Assembly: GCA_951406725.2 (NCBI GenBank)
Contig: OX597831.1
Location: 71,300,001 to 71,364,000, forward strand
Direction: 5' to 3'
Length of the DNA: 64,000 nt
Origin: Octopus vulgaris
Lineage: Eukaryota
In this document: one piece after another, positions 26,401-37,803 of the stretch
How positions within the stretch are numbered: the first letter of the stretch is position 1
Layout of the letters: each line of letters opens with the position of its first letter
The notes under the pieces: model-generated
The model's input: the letters and a program-made list of their open reading frames with translations, nothing else
What the model was told of the DNA's origin: nothing
Databases searched by the model: none
Position numbers and translations under genes: made by a program

Positions 26401-26772
26401 AATACCTTGAGATGGTTTAGGACAGTTTTACATTCTAAATATTTTCGCATTTGTTTTTTTCATTTTTGTAGCTGAATAAGAGTTCAGTAAACCTTAACAT
26501 GTTTAGCTTTCATGTTTTTGCTTGTATTTTCTCTCAGTTATGTAATTCCATATGCTTGACTAGTGTATATACTTTTGTACCAAGTAACCTTTCACAGATC
26601 AATAAAATAAAAATGCAACTATTTATCCATCTGTAACTGCCCGGTTATTTATCTTACCATCTATAAATCTGTAAATGTATATCTATCTATATACCAGATT
26701 TCTTTGTGTATTGAATTGTGTATCTATTTGTGAATGTGTATATATACATATATCTAATGGTATGCTTTGATG

Positions 26773-27030
26773 TGGAGATGTGTGACTTAGTGGTTAGGGT
26801 GTTGCACTCGTGATCATAAGATTGTAATGTCAGTTTCTGGACTGAGCACTTTTGTGTTCCTGAGCAAAGCACTTTACTTCATGTAGTTCCAGTCCACTCG
26901 GCTAAAATGAGTCACCCTGCAACAGGCTGGCATCCTCATCCAGAGAGATTAATATATATGCTGCAGAATCCGGGAAATCGACTTCCTTGTGAGCCTATGG
27001 TTCAGGAAGGGCCTTTGATTTTTTTTTTTT
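26773..27030 (+). mobile_element. SINE family D, degenerate copy
   Basis: tRNA-like head gacttagtggttagggtg; homologous to 37558. Confidence 0.65.
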
Positions 27031-27553
27031 TTTTATTTTTTACGTGGCACCAGCACTTACAAGCCTGCAAGATATGGGATATTCAGCTGGAGAGGGTTGC
27101 AAGCCTGTATGCGAGGGCAACCACGCTTTTACATAGCTTGTCTTTTCAAGCACAGCAAACCACCAGGAGTCTCGATCCCCTGTCATCCCCTCAGTGAGTT
27201 CCAACGTTTCTCACCACTTCGTCACACATCTTTCTGGGTCTACCCCTTACACATGTTCCCTCTACAATTAGAAATCAGCACCTTTTGATGCAACTGTCCT
27301 CATTCATACACATTACATACTAGTGCAGTCTTTTCTCTTGCACACTACATCTGATGCTATATATACCCAGCTTTTCTCTCAAATCATTTACACTCTATCA
27401 TGTATGCACACTGACATTACCCATCCAGTGAAGCATACTGGCTTCATTTTTTTCAGGTCTTCACATATCCTCAGTAGTCACAGCCCATGCAGTGTAGTTG
27501 TCCGTATACAGGCATCATACAATCTGCCTTCCATTCCAGATATTCTCTGTCTT

Positions 27554-27591
<38 letters not shown>

Positions 27592-27594
27592 TCT

Positions 27595-27943
27595 CTCTTA
27601 CTCTTTTACTTGTTTCAGTCATTTGACTGTGGCCATGCTGGAGCAAGTCAACCCCAGGATTTATTCTTTGTAAGCCTAGTACTTATTCTATCAGTCTCTT
27701 TTGCCGAACTGCTAAGTTATGGGGACAAACACAGATACACAAACATATACACACACATACATATATATACACATATATATGACAGGCTTCTTTCAGTTTC
27801 CGTCTACCAAATCCACTCACAAGGCTTTGGTTGGCCTGAGGCTATAGTAGAAGACACTTGCCCAAGATGCCATGTAGTGGGACTGAACCCAGAACCATGT
27901 GATTGGTAAGCAAGCTACTTATCACACAGCCACTCCTGCGCCT
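27595..27943 (-). mobile_element. SINE family A reverse copy
   Basis: Reverse complement of family A, ending cacacagccactcctgcgcct. Confidence 0.85.
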
Positions 27944-28671
27944 ATATACATGTTTGTATATTTATATATATATATAGTAAAACAGGGGAGCTTAATTAGA
28001 GCTAGGCAAGTTAACATTTCAGCACCTCTGTGTATTTTTGACTAAACAGATTATTCTGAAAATACCAAGTAATTCAACTGCTCAGATTAGCAGGCAATAC
28101 TGAGTTGAAACAGTAATTCACTGGTGCTGGGTATTCTGCTAATCCATGTTTGTATCAAAAGAATAAGTGTTACATTTCCTGTAGAGAAATTTACCGTATA
28201 CAAGAATAAAAAGAATGAATATTTTATCCTTCCCAGAACATGTTTCAATAGTATATTTATTCAAAATACAGGTACAATTGCATCACATGATTGGTTATAT
28301 TATGTAAGTTTGTATTTTTACAAATTGCCATTTCTTCAAGTGATTCACCAACAAATATTTTAGAGACAATTCTATGAAGAAAGCAGAGGTTTATAGAAAA
28401 AAACTAACAAATGAGAAGAATTCAACTGGGGACGAAGATATTTAAGCCAACAACCAATCAGACTTCTTGTTTCATGGTCAGCCAAGTTAATGCATGCATT
28501 CGTTAAATGGCAGAGAGTGTCTGATATTTTAGTTCCTTATCTAGGCAGGAGTTAACAACTGTGAGGGAATTTTTTTGCCACTATCAACAAAGCCAGCAAG
28601 TTACCCTAAAACAAGTTTTTCAAAATCTGGAGCTACTGCAAGATATTAGTATATTTAATCTTATGGTTTTA

Positions 28672-28931
28672 TTGTGTCTGGGGAGAGTCATTTTCTTTTT
28701 GTGCCTTATTATGTAACACACTCACCGGTAAAATTTCCACGTTTTTCTTTTTTTTTTTATTGTCCTAAAATTTTCATTGCGTCTTGTAACCTTTTCAATA
28801 GTTTTGACTCAAAACTATTGAAAAGGTTGCAAGAAAATTTTAGGAAAATAAAAATATGAAAAAAGTGGAAATTTTACCAGTGAGTGTGCTACATATAAGG
28901 CACAAAAGAAAATGACTCTCCCCAGACACAA
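28672..28931. repeat. About 260-bp near-perfect palindrome centred at 28808, containing a U3:A8 hammerhead-like motif
   Basis: ttgtgtctggggagagtc...ttcaatagttttga c tcaaaactattgaa...gactctccccagacacaa. Confidence 0.9.
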
Positions 28932-29012
28932 CAGAATATGCTTCAACACACAAACTCATATAAAGAATCTTGCAAAGCAAATTCAAAAACGAAATAATCT
29001 TATGGTAATATA

Positions 29013-29600
29013 CATCATCATCATCATCATCATCATCATTTAGCGTCCATTCTCCATGCTAGCATGGGTTGGACGGTTCAACTGGGGTCTGTGAAGCTGG
29101 AAGGCTTCATCAGGCCCAGTCAGATCTGGCAGTGCTTCCTTCATGGAGTTGTCACATGTTCCTAACGCCAACCACTCCGTGAGTGTAGTGGGTGCTTTTT
29201 ACATGCCACCCGCACAGGTGCCAGACAGAGCTGGCAAACGGCCACGAACGGATGGTGCTTTTACGTGTCACCGGCACGGGGCCAAGCGAGGCTGGCAACG
29301 GACACGAACGGATGGTGCTTTTATGTGCCACCAACACGGGGGCCAGACAGAGCTGGCAAACGGCCACAAAACGGATGGTGCTTTTACGTGTCACCGGCAC
29401 GGGGGCCAGGCGAGGCTGGCAACGGACACGAACGGATGGTGCTTTTACGTGCCACCAACATGAGGGCCAGACAGAGCTGGCAAACGGCCACAAAATGGAT
29501 GGTGCTTTTACGTGTCACCGGCACGGGGGCCAGGCGAGGCTGGCAACGGACACGAACGGATGGTGCTTTTACGTGCCACCAACACGAGGGCCAGACAGAC
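29013..29600 (-). mobile_element. Family C element with an internal ~60-bp tandem expansion of two alternating units
   Basis: ggatggtgcttttacgtg...gctggcaa(a)cgg repeated about 7 times after the (cat)n end. Confidence 0.85.
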
Positions 29601-32302
29601 ATGGCATGCATGCTAAAGTGTGCCTGCACTATAAATCTCTACTTCCCTCATGGAGTTGTCACATGTTGCTAAAATATATGGTGGTGTATGACTTGAAAAT
29701 ATTCAGCAGTGTATCACCTCAAGGTATGGCAGCTTGAGAAAATAGAAACTTACATAATGTTGTTACCTTTTTCAAGTTATCCAACTATATTCATATTTTG
29801 AAGAAATTTGTTATGGAAACGTGTAGTGATAACCTGAAATATCAATTTGTTTTATTCTTGTTTACTAGATGTGTGTTTGTTTTTGTGTGTGTGTGTGTGT
29901 ATAAAAATACACACACACACATCCATATGCTGAGCACATAGGTGCAAAAACAAGGTGGAGAATATAGTTTTCAAATGCCAAAGGTAGAATAAAATGTAGT
30001 GTTTTTATTAAAGCTAAAAATTCCTGTAACCAATCACCAGACAGAAGTGAATTTTTCAAACAATACAGTGGTTAACTGTTTATAAAATTTTATGAAACAT
30101 TTATAGACACAGCATAATAATCTGTGATGTTTTTTAGCTCTAAAAAACAATACATGTGCGCACATATACACAGACTTGTTCGCACATGTACTTGCCTCTC
30201 TCTCTCTTTCTCTCTCTGTATACATGTGTGTACACACACACACACACACATACACACGCACTCAGGTTAGGAGAAGCAGTGAGAAATGTATCTTAATACT
30301 CTGCATGTATAGTCTTAGAACAGAATTAAAGTAAAATCGGAATCTCTCAGTGCGTCTCACTGTTCACTGTATTTCTTTTCAATTAAATTGACAAGTGTTA
30401 TGATGTCAAAGGGATTTGGACAATGTTAGTAAACTGCAATACTTATATTTCTGTCACTGGCAAGAGGAGCTTTACAAATGAGATATGTGAAAGTTTTACA
30501 TTCAGCCACCTTTTTATACAAATGCAATAGAATTTATCTCTTACTCTTGCCAACTTCTTGGATTGTAAGCATCAGTAAACTGTTTAGTAGCACTGTATCA
30601 CTGACTGCATCTAACCATATTATATATCTGTTATATTTTTCAATTTTTCTCGGCAAAGATGGAACAAATGGTATTTTAAAAAGATATCTCAGTTATTCGA
30701 ATTTTATGAATGCAAAATAAGAAGTAAAAACGATTATGATTTTGACAGAAGAACCGGGAGGTAAACTCTGTGACTTGTGTCCAAAATTTAAATTGGTTCT
30801 CTTTGAAAAATATCATCATATCTCTCTTCACATGAAATCAACTTGCAGAATAACAATCTAGGGCTGGGATTTGTGTGATGCTCAATCATTCTGTCAGATT
30901 TAATCTTTGCGTGCACGAATTGTTGAGCCTAGTATGTCATTCCATGAAGACGTCCCTTCAAACATATTTATCAGATTGGGCTTCAAATTATTATTGCTTG
31001 GTTTGAAAATTGAAAGCAATTGAACAAAGTGCAGTTGCACAAAATACCACTTGGCAAACAAAAATCATGCAAATTGGAACTTACGGAGAAAGGATGGAGT
31101 AAGGTTAATCACTGGGAAGTCTTTTAACCCAGAAATTGCATGCCATGATTGTGATAAATTATATAAGAGGGATTGGGTGGTAGAAATGATAAATGGGTTA
31201 TTGTTTGGCTTGGCAGAGAGGATACAGGTGAAAGATTAATATATAGTTATATTGGCTTGACCACTATTTTCAGCATTTTAACTGGCTATTGGTCAGTAAT
31301 GGTGGTTTTCTGGACAGATATTTATCACTTCTGATTCAATGTTTTGTATTGCTTAATAAGAAATATATTTTAAAAGTTTGGAATAATACTATGATATTTC
31401 ACCTTGATGCCACAACATGTCAGTGAACACAATATGTTAAACATACATACACCTACACCTTATTATATATACACCTTACTATATATATATATAACATATA
31501 TATATAAAGCATATATATATATATATATATATATATAGACCTACTGCACATAAATGTCACACATACATAGATACATGTACACATACATTTTACACATTCA
31601 TGCCAAAAAAGGAGAGACAGCAGCCAAATTTATCTGAAATCATATCTGACAACTTTCATTCAAAAAGAAAATGGTAAAAATCTAATGTTGTCCTTGATGG
31701 GCTGCTTACAGATGGAATGTTTTTTGATCATAAGGGGGCTCAATAGATGTTGATTTCAGAGCTTCACAATAACAACAACAGCAAAGACAACGTGCACACA
31801 CATACACATCCCATTGTCAAACATGTGCACATATGCGACATATTATAAAGATACTCATCAAAAGAGCTAAAGAGGAGACATCTTTGTGGTCACCCACCTT
31901 GCTAGAAATAACAACTTAATCATCCTCAAATCACATATTATCTGTCTTAAAGATGGGTTGGTCCAACTTAACATGCTTTGATGAATGGTTTGCTTGATCA
32001 GGGCTGACATGGGGCTAAGCAATACAAGGCATGGCATAAATATTCATCACAAAACTCCTACAAATGTACACTTTACATATACATTTGTATCTCATACATT
32101 TAACAAGCATTTAACACGTATACACTTTTACACATCAACACATGCATCATTTACACATTCAAACATATACATCTCTCTCAGACATATTTGTTAAGCATTC
32201 ACATACACACACACACACATGCATGCATGCACACACACACACACACACACACATACACATGCATGCACAAATACATAACTTATACATACCTCACACACAT
32301 AT

Positions 32303-33107
32303 AGGCGCAAGAGTGGCTGTGTGGTAAGTAGCTTGATTACCAACCACATGGTTCCAGGTTCAGTCCCACTGCGTGGCACCTTGGACAAGTGTCTTCTACT
32401 ATAGTCTCGGGCCGACCAAAGCCTTGTGAGTGGATTTGGTAGACGGAAACTGAAAGAAGCCCGTCGTATATATGTATATATATATATGTGTTTGTGTGTC
32501 TGTGTTTGTCCCCCTAGTATTGCTTGACAACCGATGCTGGTGTGTTTATATCCCCGTCACTAAGCGGTTCAGCAAAAGAGACCGATAGAATAAGTACTGG
32601 GCTTACAAAGAATAAGTCCCGGGTCGAGTTGCTCGATTAAAGGTGGTGCCCCAGCATGGCCGCAGTCAAATGACTGAAACAAGTAAAAGAGTAAAGAGTA
32701 TATACACTGGCATGTGCATACATCACTTACCTTTTATCTTTTACTTGTTTCAATAATTTGACTGTTGCCATGCTGGGGCCTTAAAGGGTTTTACTCAAAC
32801 AAATTGACACCAGGACATATTTTTTTTAGACCTAGTACTTATTCTATCAGTCTTTTTTTTTTTGCCAAATCACTAAGTTACAGGAATGGAGGACAAAATC
32901 AGACACAAACAGGCACACATAGATATAGATACAAACATATGTATATGATGGGCTTCTTTCAGTTTCCATCTACCAAATCCACTCACAAGGCTTTGGTTGG
33001 CCCAAGACTATAGTAGAAGATATTTACCCAAGTTGCTATTCAGTAGGACTGAACCCAGAACCATGTGGTTGGAAAGCAAGCTTCTCACCACACAGCCACA
33101 GCTGCAC
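32303..33107. mobile_element. Adjacent tail-to-tail family A SINEs (+ 32303-32700, - 32730-33107)
   Basis: Full forward copy immediately followed by an older reverse copy. Confidence 0.8.
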
Positions 33108-33306
33108 TTATTTCTCACAGAATGTCTAAGTCAACCTGAGGCTACAGCAGACGGCACTTACCTAAAATACCACACAGTGTGATCAAACCTGAAACCAGTG
33201 TGGATGCAGGGCAAACATTTTAACCATGTCCTTCTGTATCAATATTATCATGTTCACTCATTTCCTGTAAAATTAACTGGTTTGCTTCGGCTATTGAGGT
33301 AATTAA

Positions 33307-33527
33307 CCCTTTAGCATTTAAACTGACCATATCCGGCCAAAATATTCTCCCCTGTTTTATGTTCAAATTGGCCAGATCTGGTCTCTCACACCAGCCCTAC
33401 TATATAATTCTAAAAATGAATAGTTACTTCATCAAAATCTCAAAGCTACAAGATAATGCAGGATTAATTCAAAACAAGGTGAATGAAGAAGCATTACTTT
33501 TGATAGAATAACGTGAATACTAAAGGG
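33307..33527. mobile_element. piggyBac-type MITE
   Basis: TTAA ccctttag...ctaaaggg TTAA; same family as 59498 and 3965. Confidence 0.85.
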
Positions 33528-33929
33528 TTAAGATGAATATAATCCATTGTACAAACCATTTTTCCTAATTACTTGTATGTACACCTGGATTAGCCGTAAC
33601 TTAAATGAAAATTTAACCACAAATTGAGATACTGACAGGACATCAAAGGTGTGTACACAAGAGATGACTATGTTGGTATGAACTGACGAGGGGTCAGTAT
33701 GTAGTATTCATTAAGGTGGCGAGCTGGCAGAATCATTAGCAGCATTTCATCCATCCTTTTGTTCTAAGTTCAAATTCTGCCAAGGTCAGCTTTGCGTTTT
33801 ATCATTTCGGGGTCAATATAATAAGTACCATTTTGTGCCAAAATTTGAAAAAGGTATGTAGTATACATTAATATAGGGTGGACATTTAATTATAGTGACA
33901 CCTAATTAGACCAGGCTATAGTAGAAGAT

Positions 33930-34100
33930 AGGGAGAGTTTACGAAAAAAGCAAAAGACGAAGACAGGTGGTGTACAAAACAAACAGATGTATTAGTATAA
34001 CGCTCAGGAATAGAAAAAATCTTTTACGTTTAGAGCCTACGCTCTTCTACAGAAAGGGACACAGAAAAAACAAGGAGGGAAAAAAAAGGAGAGAAAAGAA
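33930..34100 (-). mobile_element. PLE pseudo-LTR remnant with hammerhead-like motif (34021-34056)
   Basis: Reverse-complement homolog of about 42240-42400. Minus strand CTTT CTGTAGA A GAGC GTAG GCTC TAAA CGTA AAAG. Confidence 0.65.
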
Positions 34101-34474
34101 GATACTTGGACACAGTGTTGTACATTTTTTTTAGCTAGTTGCTAGAGATGCCCCAGTGTTAAATATTAGATGTGTTGTGAGCCATTACTGAAATGTATGT
34201 GAGATTTTTGTGGACCAAGAAACTCTGTAAAATAAGCAACAGACAGTGGGTGATAAGTGCACAAAACAATAGGCAAGGGAGTGGTTCAAGCCCTGTTCCT
34301 CTATCTCAACTGGTACTTTGCAAACTTACACCAAAAGTTGCATCTTCTGCAGTACTGCATATCACCAGGCGACATATTCCTGTGTCATCTCCTTCATCAG
34401 GTTTATGCATTTAAACAATATACACAAGCACACACATACATACACATAAATATGTGTTTGTATGCTTGTGTGCA

Positions 34475-34533
<59 letters not shown>

Positions 34534-34537
<4 letters not shown>

Positions 34538-35170
34538 CAGTATCGCCCGGCGTTGCTCGGGTTTGTAAGGGAAATAACTATATAAGCATTTTTAGAGAGT
34601 TATAGCCAAAAAATAGCAAAAAATGCATTAAAAATGGAAAAAATATGATGGTAAATTTTTTGAAAAATCGTTGACTCATCGTAGACATTTTTAGAGAGTT
34701 ACTTCCCTTATATAATAGCGAAAAAATGCATTAAAATGGAAAAAAAACGATGGTAAATTTTTTTTTAAATCGTAGACTCATGTAGACGCTTTCTTAGCCA
34801 TTTCTGTTTTGGTGTCTTCAAGCTATGAAGTCGTTGTTCTAAAAGAACGCTGGTCTCCTTGACAACGCATTACGACGTTGATTTCCTTACACTCCCTTCC
34901 CCACAGGTGCAGGTGTGAGCGTGGACGCCAACTCCGCCGCCATCGACACACGAAAAATTATGCATTAAAATGGAATAAAAAATGATGTTAAATTATTTTT
35001 AAAATCGTAGACTCATCGTAGACGCGCGCTAATACTCAGACGGGCTCGATATGAATCACGACTATAAGCTACTCGAATTTGGTTAAACTGCACCGCAAAA
35101 TGTGGGAGTAGTTAGGAATCTAAATCGAAGGGGACAGACACTCACACAACTACAGTTTTATATATATAGA
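34534..35170 (-). mobile_element. Non-autonomous Helitron
   Basis: Shares both ends with the 45657 and 53229 copies and carries an extra internal segment. Confidence 0.8.
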
Positions 35171-35189
35171 TATACATAGCGCAGTAGTG

Positions 35190-35450
35190 GTGAGATGTGA
35201 CAGCAAAGAAAAGCATACATTCACTCTCTGCATGCAATTAGACTCGGAAAGTTCGTGAGGAACCCATTGACCCAATTTGCTGACTTTTCCGATAGCACAC
35301 AGGTCTCAATGAATGGTTGAATGACCAAATCCAAGCTTCTCTGCTAGTTCCTCAACAGTTACGATGAGATTTTGTTCCACCAGGGTTTTCAGGATGTCCT
35401 TGTCGAGTTCTACAGATCTTTCAGGATGAGGCTCGTCTTCTAGGCTGTTC
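35190..35450 (-). mobile_element. Mariner transposase fragment
   Basis: Minus strand LEDEPHPERSVELDKDILKTLVEQN..TVEELAEKLGFGHSTIH / AIGKVSKLGQWVPHELSESN, including the WVPHEL motif. Confidence 0.85.
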
Positions 35451-35647
35451 CAATATAGCTTTGAAAAAAATAGCTGTTAAAATCGAAATGCACTCTTCAA
35501 AACTTGCACTATGAATAAGGACAAGATAAAATTACTACCTGCTTTTATAGCAAGTTAATATAAGTAGTTTATCCCATTCCCCTCTGACTTTTAGTTCAAG
35601 CTGTTGAAAAAACCGCATTATTATATATATATACATACATACATACA

Positions 35648-35679
<32 letters not shown>

Positions 35680-36007
35680 CACACACACTCTCTCTCTCAC
35701 ACACATGCACACATTTATATTCTGTTATTCTTTTATATGTTTCAGCCTTGAGGTTGTGGCCATGCTGGATCATGTGTGTGTGTGTGTGTGTCTATCTGTC
35801 TGTCTGTATGTATGTATATATATGTATATGTATGTGTGTGAACAATAATATTTTCAACAGATGTGTTGCAAATGTATCTGATTGTTCTCAAGCTTCAATA
35901 CTGTGTGTGTGTGTATGTGTGTGTGTGTGTGTGTATGTATGTATATGTATGTATGTATATGTATGTATGTATGTATGTGTGTATGTATGTATGTGTGTGT
36001 GTATGTA

Positions 36008-36040
<33 letters not shown>

Positions 36041-36099
36041 ATGTATGTATGTATGTATGTATGTATGTATGTATGTATGAGTGTATGTATACTTTATTA

Positions 36100-36534
36100 C
36101 TAACACAAGCCACTACGATTATTTAATGTAAAGTCTTCCTCAAATCACTATCTCTGGCTATTTACTCTCTTCCAAGAACATTTTCACTCACACTTATGTG
36201 TTAGCTTCCCATACATTTTACTCATGTATCTATCAGCGTGATAGAGAGAAACAAATATTACATCTAGTTTCACTTTATTCGTTGCCCACTGTGTGTGTGC
36301 GTTTGCGTGTGGTGTAAACCAGACTAAGAAAAGCATTTGACACACACACCAGAATGTGAGTTTTCTGTAAATTTTGCTTAATTGGAGTTTAAATTTTAAA
36401 AACTGGACCTGGCATGACGCGATGCATTGTACTCTTAAAAATGCTAGGTAAATTGTAATTGAAGAAATCCTATATTGTAGATTTGTATAACTCCCAAAGG
36501 GAGGCAGATAAAATCTGCCTTTTATAATAAGAGA
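36100..36534 (-). mobile_element. Probable Helitron remnant
   Basis: Minus strand begins TCtcttattataaaa and ends ...gtgTTAG|t. The 3' hairpin is unclear. Confidence 0.4.
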
Positions 36535-37557
36535 TATATATATATATCAATAATAAAGGGTGAAATTAATTAATTTAGAAATAATCATTAATTTCACCAA
36601 GTAGAGTTCGGCATGTAAAAGCCCCATTCAAGGAAGGTTTAAGTAATACTAAGTAATTAAGGGTTTAGCAACGATTTACCTCACCACACACCGAATTTAG
36701 AAATAGCAGTCAAAAAGTTTTGGCTATTCTTTCTACTTAAAAGGGAGATCCCAGTAAAACCAAAGCACTTAAAAAGCAAACGACGCAGACAAAAGAGAAA
36801 GAAATGATGAAAATCATTCTATATTAAGTCACCTACGGACGTACGTTTCGGAATTATATATATACTCATAAATATTTAGGCCTAACACAGTATTTATTAG
36901 TTAAATTTGAAGTATTTATGCTATAGTTGTTAAATCTTTAGAATGTTAAAACCGATGTGAATTCAGCTTTTTACTTTCTTCGTACACAGAAAAATAAAGG
37001 AAAATTGTTGTGACATGTTTCACAGTTCATTGACCTCTCATCAGAGGAGAAGTACACCATCATTCTTTTTCCCTAGGAAAGAACTTATAGCCTATAGCTA
37101 TTTATTCAGAAGACAACCTAGAACTTAGCTGCAGTAGCTAAACTAATCTGCATACTGCACAATTGCTGGCGGCATATTTATATAGTTAAATTTATCTATG
37201 TACAACACAGCGTGGATTAGAAAACCTGAAATGTATTCAGAGTTGTTAAACTGCAGTTTTTAAGCGTATCTCTGTGGCACTTTATACAGATGTGAATACA
37301 ACTGCTTGCTTCTGTTGTAGATAGACAAATAAAGCTAGTTTATCCTGACATGTTTCATAGTCTCTGATTTTTTGTCTGTGCAAAGAGAATATTTGTTTAC
37401 TTTCCAAAGCTTTCCATAGTGAAGTTGTTACAAACTGTAGTCTAGCTACTTTGATTTTAATACTGATTTCCTAATACATGCTGGTTTTATATAAAAATAG
37501 TTAGTAAATAATTCATCATGCCGTCAGTTAATTATATGTGTGTGTGTGTGTGTATGT

Positions 37558-37803
37558 GGAGGCACGTGACTTAGTGGTTAGGGTGTCAGCATCATGATCA
37601 TAAGATTGTGGTTTCGATTCCTGGACTGGGTGTCGCGTTGTATTCTTGAGCAAAACACTTCATTTCACGTTGCTCCAGTCCACTCAGCTGGCAAAAAGTA
37701 GTAACGCTGCGATGGACTGGCGTCCTGTCCAGCTGGGGAACATATACACCATTGAAACCGGGAAACCAGGCCCATGAGCCTGGCTAGGCTTTAAAAGGGC
37801 ACA
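37558..37803 (+). mobile_element. SINE family D (tRNA head; central block resembles the MESC-type domain)
   Basis: A box tgacttagtgg, B box gtttcgattcc, then ctgcgatggactggcgtcctgtccag...gaaaccggg. Confidence 0.75.

Noticed and set aside
29190-29600. Regularly spaced ~60-bp repeats suggestive of a CRISPR array or repeat protein
   Set aside because: The intervening sequences are themselves repeated, there are no cas genes, and the array is internal to a family C element.
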